From the NCBI GenBank assembly GCA_019429125.1, contig JAHYJO010000015.1, positions 1-37,118 of the forward strand: a stretch of DNA of 37,118 bases. Reading direction: 5' to 3'. The DNA is from Nanobdellati archaeon (GTDB lineage: Archaea; EX4484-52; GLR71). The translations under genes and the position numbers were made by a program. Below are positions 10,194 through 19,815 of this stretch, piece by piece. Position 1 is the first letter of the stretch. Each line of letters starts with the position of its first letter. The notes beneath the pieces are model-generated. The model saw nothing but the letters and a program-made list of their open reading frames with translations. It was not told where the DNA came from and ran no database searches.

Positions 10194-11147
10194 TTACTTT
10201 TCGGGTACCATCTCACAGATTTTTGAAGAATATAATAGAGGATGCCAAAATCCAAGAGGTATATGTTTACCATTAAACCGATCAATACTATCTTTATTAT
10301 GATTTCTTAATCTTATAGCCCTATTCTTTCTACCATTAGAAGTCAGATAAACATCATAATCAAGCTGACCATCTACTATTTTTCCAGAATGTTCTTCTAT
10401 TTTTACAAACCCGTAGTTAAATATAATAATTTCTTTTTTGGTAACTACATCTTTAACAAATTTAGAGATATCATCATCACAAATAACTCCTGAAGAGTTA
10501 TCATATCCCGGAACAAATTTTAATATATGTTTCAATCGTATCCTCAATGATTTATTATCTGCATCAACAGGAAGACAGAAAAGGATATCCTTAATATCTT
10601 CAATTGTAAAATAATCTTTATCTTTTGGAAAATGTTCATACCCATAAGAAACTAAACGATATTCTTTTAAGATATTACCTTTGACATCATCCAAAGACGC
10701 ATTAGTATTATTTAAAGTAGGTATTGCATCACGACCTAACTTATTAAATACTACCTTTAATGATTCATATTTATTATGACTCATATTGAATTTAGTATCA
10801 CCCTTAAATGTCTCAACCACAGAATTAATATCCTCATAAATCTCCTGAAGTGGTTTTAAAACAGTTAATATATATTCATTATGACCTTTTGTCGTATAAT
10901 CACTAACATCCTTAATCAATTTCAAAAAATGACACATCTTATCTGTGACAGATACCCCCGTATCAAGTATATTAGTTTCAATATCATTATTAATCACACA
11001 ATTTTGGGTTGAACCCTCCATATACGAAAACACATAATCCAACAACTCCGAAACAGTATAAGGATGTTCCTCAGTATTTTTAAGAATAGATTCCCAATCC
11101 AATTGTTTTTTCAAAACATCTAACTTTAAAGAAATATCACTACTCAT
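10194..11147 (-). CDS. Hypothetical protein
   Basis: Long ORF in very AT-rich DNA; no recognised motif; TATA-like box about 30 bp upstream of the ATG at 11147. Confidence 0.7.
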   Translation of the reverse strand: MSSDISLKLDVLKKQLDWESILKNTEEHPYTVSELLDYVFSYMEGSTQNCVINNDIETNILDTGVSVTDKMCHFLKLIKDVSDYTTKGHNEYILTVLKPLQEIYEDINSVVETFKGDTKFNMSHNKYESLKVVFNKLGRDAIPTLNNTNASLDDVKGNILKEYRLVSYGYEHFPKDKDYFTIEDIKDILFCLPVDADNKSLRIRLKHILKFVPGYDNSSGVICDDDISKFVKDVVTKKEIIIFNYGFVKIEEHSGKIVDGQLDYDVYLTSNGRKNRAIRLRNHNKDSIDRFNGKHIPLGFWHPLLYSSKICEMVPEK

Positions 11148-11232
11148 AATATACACAAAAACTATAAAGAACATATACTATTATAAATATACTCCTTAAA
11201 TATAACAATCCTATACTCCAAAAACTCACACT

Positions 11233-12324
11233 TCAAACTGGTCTAGAGTTCCGTCTAAGTTCTGAAAATGATGCAATGTTACCGGCACCACGTTTAATCT
11301 CATTCTCAACAAACGAAAGTTCATCACCTGAAAGCTTAGCTCTCTGATCTGCATCAATTATGACAGGAGGTATACCATAAGCACTGTTATGCCTTGACAT
11401 TGAAAATATAGATGACGCAATTTTAGATGCAACCATAACAGGATTATTTTTTGCAATAAAATCAATCCTTAATGCCCTATCAAACTCAGAAGGTCGAATA
11501 TAAAATGAAAAAAGATTATTTTCAAAACCTTTCACTTCAGAAGTCACACCACCATCAATACCATCTACAGTCCTAAAAACAGAAGTCCTTTCCCCCACAG
11601 AAAGAAGGTAGGTCAATAGATGCGTATCTTTGACATTCACAAGAGACTTGACCATCTCAATATCAAGCATAGACCTACAATTTTTGATAAACGCCTGACT
11701 CCTAGAATCTTCAACAATACCAGAAAGAACTGTATCTTTCTCAAGAGCTAACATATACATATTCTTCACTGTCCTAAGAAGGTCATCATATGCCTGCTTA
11801 TTCTTAACAGAACCAGTACTACCCCCAGAAACCGAGGGATGTAAAATCAAAGATCCATCAAGGAAAAGAAAATCTAAATCATTTTGTGTGCTAAGCATAT
11901 TACAAGCAAGACCCAATTCCCTCCCAAGTCGTACAATGGATGCAATTGACGAAAAACTAGTAGGATCAAAAGAGGATTTAACTATTTTTATTTCGGGTTT
12001 AGGAAATGCAGACGGATAATACTCAGATCCTAAAAGTTTTCCAGCTTTATACTTAAAGACTGCGCACACAGCTCTCGTAATTATTATATTGACTCCATGA
12101 TACTCTTTCTGAATAAGACCTCCATCAATACCCCCAACATTACAATTTAACGAATTATTTAGTTCAACTTTGACAAGCAATGTATCATCAAGAAAGTTAC
12201 CACCACATTCACCCGCAGAACCTTTAGTCTTATCTCTTAGTATTTTTGCAATAGATACTACCTTTTTCTCCCAACCGATAAGGTCCGAAACTATTGCATC
12301 TATCCCAGAACTAATATCAACCAT
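11233..12324 (-). CDS. nurA: DNA double-strand break repair nuclease NurA
   Basis: GIDGG and FLDGSL catalytic motifs; C-terminal YGIPxxxxDADxRAKL. Confidence 0.9.
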   Translation of the reverse strand: MVDISSGIDAIVSDLIGWEKKVVSIAKILRDKTKGSAGECGGNFLDDTLLVKVELNNSLNCNVGGIDGGLIQKEYHGVNIIITRAVCAVFKYKAGKLLGSEYYPSAFPKPEIKIVKSSFDPTSFSSIASIVRLGRELGLACNMLSTQNDLDFLFLDGSLILHPSVSGGSTGSVKNKQAYDDLLRTVKNMYMLALEKDTVLSGIVEDSRSQAFIKNCRSMLDIEMVKSLVNVKDTHLLTYLLSVGERTSVFRTVDGIDGGVTSEVKGFENNLFSFYIRPSEFDRALRIDFIAKNNPVMVASKIASSIFSMSRHNSAYGIPPVIIDADQRAKLSGDELSFVENEIKRGAGNIASFSELRRNSRPV

Positions 12325-12346
12325 AAATAAAATTATCTGCAAAAGA

Positions 12347-13264
12347 TTATATATCTGATTTTGATTGAGACTTAATTAAAGAATATCTGTTATACACACC
12401 ATTGATGATTGTATTTACCATATCCATTTTAGACCTCTCAAAAATGCCACCCTCAATACAATTAATTATTTCGGGCTCATTAGATTCCTTCAAAAAAGAA
12501 GATAGACGATATTCATCTTTGATAATATCCCTAAAGAAAATAAGAGAAGACCTTTCATCATCCTCAATAAAAGACACATCACTATTTTCAATAAAATCAC
12601 TGCCTATCACAAACAGACCATTATCATCAAGAATCTTATTAATATCAAGAAGCCTTCTAAATATACAACTATATCCTATATATATCAAAAATGATGATTT
12701 TAAAATAAATTTAGTCTTTTCAAACTCTACCTTAAATTGATCTTTATTTACCACATTATAATTAAGATCATTAAGATTATCAATATAATTGATATGACCT
12801 AAAAGTGCATTTTGATATACCAACGCGCAAGGTATATCTTTATCAAATTTATCCTTGACACTTTTAAGATGTTCAACATATCCTGTCAACTTTTCAATCC
12901 GCGCACGATTAATATCCCTCTTTTCATCAGGACTAATATCATAAATCAACCCAGAATAGACCGCATCCTCTAAATTTTCAAAAATACCCATCTGATAACT
13001 TAAACTCTGAATAAGCGAAATACCACCAATTAAAGAATCCCCCGAAAGAGTATCTTTCATATCCTTAAGCACTCGTGAATAATCAATCTCAAAAGTACTA
13101 TCTCCAAAAATTTCAAATAATGGAGACTCACCAACAGACATCTCAGATAATAGACACCCTAATTTGCGAGAAATAAAAGATGCATAATCATTAAGTTTAT
13201 ACATTTTAGAATTGACTTTTTTATAATCCAAAACACAATTATCATCCATAGGGGCAATACACAT
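12347..13264 (-). CDS. Hypothetical protein, probably helical
   Basis: 305-aa ORF packed between nurA and the HAD-like gene; no motif recognised. Confidence 0.7.
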   Translation of the reverse strand: MCIAPMDDNCVLDYKKVNSKMYKLNDYASFISRKLGCLLSEMSVGESPLFEIFGDSTFEIDYSRVLKDMKDTLSGDSLIGGISLIQSLSYQMGIFENLEDAVYSGLIYDISPDEKRDINRARIEKLTGYVEHLKSVKDKFDKDIPCALVYQNALLGHINYIDNLNDLNYNVVNKDQFKVEFEKTKFILKSSFLIYIGYSCIFRRLLDINKILDDNGLFVIGSDFIENSDVSFIEDDERSSLIFFRDIIKDEYRLSSFLKESNEPEIINCIEGGIFERSKMDMVNTIINGVYNRYSLIKSQSKSDI

Positions 13265-13277
13265 CCAATAATTATTA

Positions 13278-15269
13278 TCAATTCATGAGCCTTAAAAACA
13301 TTTCATTCCTGCATGTTACATCCTTTAACACAGATAAAGTATCAGGCTCACAACAATAAGTCTTTGCCAAAAAAGAATACGATTTTTCATGATTTGCAAA
13401 CAGTCTAACAACTTCACCTAAAAGAGCAGTATTATTTTTTTGAAAAATACCCGAAAAAGTATCAGACACAGGTGAAACCTGCAATTTAGGGACATAACTT
13501 AAATCCGCAAATTCATACATAGGTTTTGAGTATGCTTTTTCTTTATCCTGTAATGATTTCTCTATTTTTTCAATTGTACGTTCATCAATATTGAAAAGAC
13601 AACTTGTCTTTAATCTTGAACCAGGCCTCTTCAATCCATATTTTTTATCAATATCATTTATCTCCATACTGAGTAACTTTAGAAACAATGTAACATCTTC
13701 CTCACAATCATTACCTGATTTAATAGTAGGATAATCATCAATCAATGTATTGCGCATCAATTCAAACCTATCCCTTATATCTTCAAGAATATCCTCACTA
13801 AAATTAAGCATATACTTTTCAATTATTGGCTTTACACCCTCAAGCTCATTACAGATATATTTAATGCCATCAAACCCATAATCAAAAAGCATTGTCTTTA
13901 TAGATTGCTCAAAAAGTTCAAGAGTAACAACGTCAGTTGCTTTTTTAATCTTATTAAAATATATTCCATTTGTAAATGCATATTTTTCTATAACTTCAGA
14001 CCACTCATCATTTTTACTATTTCCGACAAAATTACATATTACCCTTTTCACATTTCCTTTAGAATCAAATTCTTTAAGCCCTGAAAAATCCTCAATATTA
14101 TCACTAGTAAGTTTAAAAATGACTTGTTCGGGTTTAACATCATATGCAATAACTGCGTGAGGATAATCAAGACCACAAACATTTTCAATATCAACCATAT
14201 CTTTCAAAGAAAAAGCAGTAGGGTCTGATGAAAGTATATCTGATATTGTACTTATAGTTCTAATCTTCTCACTCACCCCAAACTCACGAAAATAACGATT
14301 TAACAGATTTATCTTTTTAGGACCGAATGCAAGATTAACATATCTATTTAAACTATTATTATCATCTATATCTATCTTTCTTGCACCAACAGACAATGTA
14401 CTACCTATACTCATCACCTTACCATAATCAGAACCAGACATGACAAGATCAGAAATTTCAAAAATAACTTTTGCGATATCATTATCAGACAGAGTCAAAA
14501 ACGCAACCGTATCATAACATTTTCTTAGAAGCATAAGGTCCTGAAAATATGTCTGTGTCATACAGGTTTTTTCAGGATGCGCACACATTTCTTTCAAAAA
14601 ATGTAACTTCGCCTCAAAAAAAGCCTTACCTCCATCAACCTTATGAAGATTATATATTTCCGCAAACCCTCGACTTAAATGCAAATCCATCTTTGAAAGT
14701 TTTTCATAATCATATATTCCCTCAAGACTTATTATACTTTTTCCATTTAGGGAAATATCAGACATATCCATATAATCAGAGAAAATTTCATAAGGTGAAT
14801 TAAATATACCCTGCTTAACACCCACATCCATAAGCCCAATCATGTTTGAATTATGAGGATTAAATGTCAAATTCCCATCTTGAAAAAGAGTATTATCAAC
14901 ATCAAAAACAGCAATATTACGTTTTTTGAAACCATCATTCATAAGATCCCTAAAATAAAGATCAACAAAAAAATTATCATATGATAACAATCCACCGGTC
15001 AATAAATTAGAATTTGTATTTTGCATTTCAAAAACATTAGAATCCCAAAAGTCCCAATATTCATTAATACGTTTCCGATTATCCTCAGTAATCCTTAATT
15101 TCACTCGCTCTGCCACATCTTTAACAGTATCATTTACCTCTGAATCCGAAGATGAAATATCAGGTAACGTTTGACTGCTCACACCATCTAAATCATCATC
15201 AATTGCAGGTTCAACAACAGACTTCCCAAATAACCTCAATAAACTATTAAAAACAGGTTTTCCGCCCAT
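13278..15269 (-). CDS. Large divergent HAD-superfamily-like protein
   Basis: Motif I IAVFDVDNTL, with candidate motif II AFLTLS, motif III GPKK and motif IV ISDILSSD in the correct order. Confidence 0.6.
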   Translation of the reverse strand: MGGKPVFNSLLRLFGKSVVEPAIDDDLDGVSSQTLPDISSSDSEVNDTVKDVAERVKLRITEDNRKRINEYWDFWDSNVFEMQNTNSNLLTGGLLSYDNFFVDLYFRDLMNDGFKKRNIAVFDVDNTLFQDGNLTFNPHNSNMIGLMDVGVKQGIFNSPYEIFSDYMDMSDISLNGKSIISLEGIYDYEKLSKMDLHLSRGFAEIYNLHKVDGGKAFFEAKLHFLKEMCAHPEKTCMTQTYFQDLMLLRKCYDTVAFLTLSDNDIAKVIFEISDLVMSGSDYGKVMSIGSTLSVGARKIDIDDNNSLNRYVNLAFGPKKINLLNRYFREFGVSEKIRTISTISDILSSDPTAFSLKDMVDIENVCGLDYPHAVIAYDVKPEQVIFKLTSDNIEDFSGLKEFDSKGNVKRVICNFVGNSKNDEWSEVIEKYAFTNGIYFNKIKKATDVVTLELFEQSIKTMLFDYGFDGIKYICNELEGVKPIIEKYMLNFSEDILEDIRDRFELMRNTLIDDYPTIKSGNDCEEDVTLFLKLLSMEINDIDKKYGLKRPGSRLKTSCLFNIDERTIEKIEKSLQDKEKAYSKPMYEFADLSYVPKLQVSPVSDTFSGIFQKNNTALLGEVVRLFANHEKSYSFLAKTYCCEPDTLSVLKDVTCRNEMFLRLMN

Positions 15270-15350
15270 ATAAACAAATACTTTAGTTGAAACTTTATAT
15301 ATAGTTTATCCAAAGATATGATAAAAAACGCCTAAAAAACCAGAAAGACA

Positions 15351-15764
15351 TCAATTAACAGAATTATCAGATTTTATTTCATGATTCTTTTCAAGAAGAA
15401 GTTCAATTATGACCGAAAGTTTATTACTAATTTCACAAAGACGCTCATCAACCCTGTTTGAGGTATCGACCTCTGTACCTTTTTTAAATTCTAAAGAATA
15501 CTCAGTTTCTATTTTTCCAGACTCAGATAATGCATTGTTATCGTAAATGGTCTTATTTTCTATCATCTTCTTTTCAATAAGAGTTATATTCTTAAAATTT
15601 CCAGACACAGAATAAGAATATTCAACAGTATCACCCACACAGATATTTTCAATATAAGACGGTTCCCATACTGAAAAACTATCCCGCGATATACCTATTA
15701 TAAAATAAGATTTACCATTCCTGCTTTTTTTAGGTTCACTTATGCTTTCAACAATACCTTCCAT
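15351..15764 (-). CDS. Small protein with a probable N-terminal OB fold
   Basis: GIVESI..SRNGKSYF..FSVW..VGDTVEY..GNFKNI resembles an OB beta-barrel; the C-terminus looks helical. Confidence 0.55.
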   Translation of the reverse strand: MEGIVESISEPKKSRNGKSYFIIGISRDSFSVWEPSYIENICVGDTVEYSYSVSGNFKNITLIEKKMIENKTIYDNNALSESGKIETEYSLEFKKGTEVDTSNRVDERLCEISNKLSVIIELLLEKNHEIKSDNSVN

Positions 15765-15815
15765 AACATAAAAGAACTTTCAATAATTTATAAATCTATC
15801 TTAATTTAATCTAAT

Positions 15816-16682
15816 CTAATCCAAGAGCCAAGTAACAAATCTATCACTTATTGAAAGTCCAGAAAGGCTGTATCTTATTTTCAAACTCCAAGAACTCACA
15901 GGAATCTCAAACACAACACGACCACTACTTTCAGTTCCTGTATAAATTCTCTTAGATTTAGGCAACGCATCATATCCTTCATATATAATTGGTTCAAATG
16001 TATAAACATTATTTGAAATTAAAGTGATTTTACTTGACCCAACATAAAAAGACGAACCACCAGTATTATTCACCGAAAAATAAGCAATAAGAAACTGTTT
16101 ACCCGCTCTTGCAGTATCAGTTAGATTTTTACCATCTTCTTCTTCCTGATAAATATAACTTGTAGAGAACTCATAAGACTCAAGAGTCACATCAATTGCG
16201 TCAGTTTCAACAACCACACCGACCTTAGCAACAACCTCTCCAGCCTCAAGGATATAAGATGTATCCTGTTCAGATTCAGAAATTGAAAAATCAGAAACCA
16301 CATCATACTCAGATATAGAACCAGTACCATGCAAACTAGTATCATCAACTTTCGAATCATTAACGATTATACCATTATTTCCACCATCAATTGATGGAGT
16401 CCCTAAAGATATACCATCCTTATCTACTATAATATCATTTTGTTTTTTATAATCTGAATCATCAACGTCATCAGATAAAATAACAAAAAAACCAACAGAG
16501 ACCATAATAATAACAACAAAAACAATTGCATAAACAAACGATTTCTTATCTATTGAAAAAGTAATCTTTTCAGAAGCTACATCTTTTGAATCATTTTGTA
16601 TATTATTTAGAGTATTTACACTCTTTGCTTTCTTTACTTCCACTTTAGCTTCAGAACTTTTAACAGTCTTTTTTTCAGGCAT
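15816..16682 (-). CDS. DUF4352-like membrane-anchored Ig-fold protein
   Basis: Basic N-tail, single TM helix, acidic linker, then GKQFLIAYFSVNNTG...SGRVVFEIP; the ATG at 16682 fits the upstream TATA. Confidence 0.8.
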   Translation of the reverse strand: MPEKKTVKSSEAKVEVKKAKSVNTLNNIQNDSKDVASEKITFSIDKKSFVYAIVFVVIIMVSVGFFVILSDDVDDSDYKKQNDIIVDKDGISLGTPSIDGGNNGIIVNDSKVDDTSLHGTGSISEYDVVSDFSISESEQDTSYILEAGEVVAKVGVVVETDAIDVTLESYEFSTSYIYQEEEDGKNLTDTARAGKQFLIAYFSVNNTGGSSFYVGSSKITLISNNVYTFEPIIYEGYDALPKSKRIYTGTESSGRVVFEIPVSSWSLKIRYSLSGLSISDRFVTWLLD

Positions 16683-16772
16683 ACTATATACTAGTCCTTT
16701 GTGATTTATATAAATAAAAAGAATAACCAACTCAAGAATTAAAAAATATAGTATTATCAAATTAAGAACAAC

Positions 16773-19721
16773 CTAATAATTACCACGCTCGCGCATGATA
16801 TTCAAAAGCATCTTTCTTTCGACACGCGCAACAATATACTTTGATACTTTTGCCTTGTCAGACGGAACAACAATTGCATCCACACCGAACTCTACAAGTT
16901 TCTCAATAATCTCAGAATCATTTAGCATTGACCCACCAATACTTACAGGAACCTTATTTTTCTTGTAACCATCAATTATCATCTTTATCATCCTCAATAC
17001 ACCAGGATGTTTTGCATCAAAATGCTTGTTAACTTTCTCATTTGAAGAATCGATACCAAGCATATGCTCAGCTAACCTATCAGAATCAATGAATACAAAA
17101 TCTATGCCAGCCTTAACAAATTCAGTTGACGCCAATCCTGCGGCAGGTACCTCAACGCTTATGCCCACTTTAAGGTTAGCCATATCAACCCCACATTCTT
17201 TAAAAAGACTATTTATTTCATACACTTGCTGTGGATGATGCACAAAGGGAAGAAGTATCTCGATATTTTTATACCCTTTAAGTATAAGATTATTAATTGC
17301 CTTAAGTTCAGCTTTAAATATTGCAGGTGAATCAAGAGTCCGTCTTATGCCTCGCCACCCAAGCTTAGGATTAGTTTCAACCATCTCATGCCCCCCTCCG
17401 GGAAGCTTCATTAATATTGACGTCTGGGCGCTAAGTGTCCTAAAAGTTACAGGCTTAGGGTATGAAGACTCAACAATAGGACCTAATTTAATCTCAATAT
17501 ATTTGACCAGCTCATCCTCCATACCTTCAGAAAGTATCTTGTCCGGATGCTTTCCTAAATTTAATAGCACAAGTTCAGATGGAAAAAGACCTATACCATC
17601 AAAAACTTCCTCAGTCTTCTGCAAATTTCCCGCAAGCACTTTAACTTTTGTTCCAGTAATCATTGCCAACGGATCATCTTCAATCATATTACTCACATCA
17701 GAATTATTATAATTATTACAATTATTATTACTGTTATTATTACGGTTATAATCACTATTGTTAGTATTAGTATTAATATTAGCATTAATATTAGTATTTG
17801 CATTATTGTTAGTATTTGCATTATTGTTAGTATTTGCATTATTGTTAGTATTTGCATTATTGTTAATATTTGAATTATTGTTAGTATTTGCATTATTGTT
17901 AGTATTTGCATTATTGTTAATATTTGAATTAATATTAGTATTAATATTAGCATTAATATTAGCATTATTGTTAGTATTAGTATTATTTATCCTATTATCT
18001 ATTCTGCTTCCAACATTATTATAAACACTATTATTTAAATTAGAATTTTTATTTTCTAAAACTGAAAAATCACGATTACCAGATTCTTTAGATTGTTTTA
18101 AATGTTTGTTATCAAATAGTCTCACAAATGTATTATCCTCCCTACGAGATAAAGACATCACATTCTGTAAAGACTGTTCAGCATGTCGTAACTGTTGTGT
18201 TTGAGCACCAATATCTGTACATGCGCCCCCTAAACTTTCAACAGGTTCAAAATCACTCTTTATCTCAGAAACACTGACTGACTGCGAATCCCCACCATAT
18301 GATTTTGAAAGATTAGATACCTCTTGTGGCATCTCATTTGCAACCCTTTCTTGAGGAGGTATTTCTTTGACATATATTTTTCCGGAAGTTGCATCGATGG
18401 CAATCCGTGTACCCTCAACAAGACCCCCACAAATACCTTGACAACTGACAACTAAAGGAATATCCAGCTCACGACATAATATAGACATATCAGACAAGAG
18501 ACCACCATTTTCTGAAATGACACCACCGACACGATTAAGAACAAGTATTGATGATGATTCAATGACGTGCGCCACAAATATGTTTCCCGCCCTAACTTTA
18601 GCAACATCTGAAATGCTGTACACTTTGACAGCCAGACCTTCTGCATTCCCACTATTTGCACCAATACCCTTAAATGACGGCGGGTTCGGAGTATCATAAA
18701 TTGCTTTTAGTGGTTTATTTATAGTTGAAATGTTAGACACATCAACAAGATACAATTTATCTCTTTTAAATACCCATTCAATGTATACTGGATATTTTGC
18801 AAAAGCTTCAACACTTTTTGCAAGATTACCTACTGAAACAATCTCATTCTTATCAATAGACTCTGAATTAGTAAGCTCCGGCAACACTTTTTCTTTTATC
18901 ACATCACCACTGACAGCATGTTTAACAAGACGCCATTCTTTAGCATTTATCTTCTTACCTTTTAATGTTGAAGAGGTCTTATCAATTATGAACACGTCAG
19001 GTGTAATCTCCCCAAAAGACACAAGACCGCAACCAAAACTGCTTTCAACAACAATCTCATTAACATTATTTGTCACAGGATTCGCAGTAGAGCACATACC
19101 TGATTTTTCACCATCTATCATCTTCTGGATAATGACACCTAAAAAAATATCCTGCCCTCCATTATATTTTTGCCGTGCAAAAATTGCTTCATCACTATAT
19201 ATATTTGACCATGCTTCCTTTATTGCATCTATCACGCCTTGAAGCCCGCTCACATGAAGGTATGACTTGTAAAAACCCCTAAACGATATCTTTTTAGAAC
19301 CCTCTGTAAATACACTTGATCTTACAGCAACTGACGCATTATTTCCACCAGCATTTATAGTGCCTAACGCATCATGGTCAAGATTCTGCATCCCAGGACT
19401 CATCCCCAAAGAAGAATATGCCAATTTTATCTCATCTTTAAGATTTTTAGGAATTTTACCAGAAATTATAAGTTCTCGAACCTTCTTTGATTTCTCCGCA
19501 AGTTCATCAGGACCACAAGAACCAATTTCCTGAAGTAACCGAATTATAGATTCAGAAATATTATTTTCTACAGCAAACTCATGAAAACCATCATTTGTAA
19601 TCACAAAACCTTCAGGAACTGGAAATTTTGCAGCCATAAGCTGTGACAATGCAATTGCCTTATCTCCTGCTTTTTCACGGTCTTCAACCGAAAGCATTGA
19701 CAGGTCGAAAATAAATTCCAT
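16773..19721 (-). CDS. ppsA: PEP synthase (pyruvate, water dikinase) homologue with degenerate catalytic sites and an Asn-rich insertion
   Basis: PPDK_N domain (VPEGF, AVRSS, IQKM), swivel domain and PEP-utiliser C domain (NPKLGWRGIRR) are all present, but key residues are substituted. Confidence 0.85.
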   Translation of the reverse strand: MEFIFDLSMLSVEDREKAGDKAIALSQLMAAKFPVPEGFVITNDGFHEFAVENNISESIIRLLQEIGSCGPDELAEKSKKVRELIISGKIPKNLKDEIKLAYSSLGMSPGMQNLDHDALGTINAGGNNASVAVRSSVFTEGSKKISFRGFYKSYLHVSGLQGVIDAIKEAWSNIYSDEAIFARQKYNGGQDIFLGVIIQKMIDGEKSGMCSTANPVTNNVNEIVVESSFGCGLVSFGEITPDVFIIDKTSSTLKGKKINAKEWRLVKHAVSGDVIKEKVLPELTNSESIDKNEIVSVGNLAKSVEAFAKYPVYIEWVFKRDKLYLVDVSNISTINKPLKAIYDTPNPPSFKGIGANSGNAEGLAVKVYSISDVAKVRAGNIFVAHVIESSSILVLNRVGGVISENGGLLSDMSILCRELDIPLVVSCQGICGGLVEGTRIAIDATSGKIYVKEIPPQERVANEMPQEVSNLSKSYGGDSQSVSVSEIKSDFEPVESLGGACTDIGAQTQQLRHAEQSLQNVMSLSRREDNTFVRLFDNKHLKQSKESGNRDFSVLENKNSNLNNSVYNNVGSRIDNRINNTNTNNNANINANINTNINSNINNNANTNNNANTNNNSNINNNANTNNNANTNNNANTNNNANTNINANINTNTNNSDYNRNNNSNNNCNNYNNSDVSNMIEDDPLAMITGTKVKVLAGNLQKTEEVFDGIGLFPSELVLLNLGKHPDKILSEGMEDELVKYIEIKLGPIVESSYPKPVTFRTLSAQTSILMKLPGGGHEMVETNPKLGWRGIRRTLDSPAIFKAELKAINNLILKGYKNIEILLPFVHHPQQVYEINSLFKECGVDMANLKVGISVEVPAAGLASTEFVKAGIDFVFIDSDRLAEHMLGIDSSNEKVNKHFDAKHPGVLRMIKMIIDGYKKNKVPVSIGGSMLNDSEIIEKLVEFGVDAIVVPSDKAKVSKYIVARVERKMLLNIMRERGNY
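17791..17934. repeat. 18-bp tandem repeat, 8 units, encoding (NNNANT)n
   Basis: TTAGTATTTGCATTATTG x6 exact plus two TTAATATTTGAATTA variants; degenerate 6/12-bp units on both sides (about 17700-17990). Confidence 0.95.
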
Positions 19722-19815
19722 AGCTACCTACCAATAAATTAGTACCTATATGTATAAAAATATATTTGTGAATAAAAAATAAAAATAAAATAAAATAAAA
19801 GTTTCAATTGTTCTA

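Noticed and set aside
17791-17934. CRISPR array
   Set aside because: The units are contiguous with no spacers, lie in frame within a CDS, and no cas genes are present.
17693-18024. ORFs with (LLLVFA)n and (MQILTI)n repeats
   Set aside because: They are alternative-frame and antisense shadows of the 18-bp repeat inside the ppsA-like gene.
17690-18360. Intein in the ppsA-like gene
   Set aside because: No C/S-start and HN-C/S/T splice motifs and no endonuclease; the insert is low-complexity.
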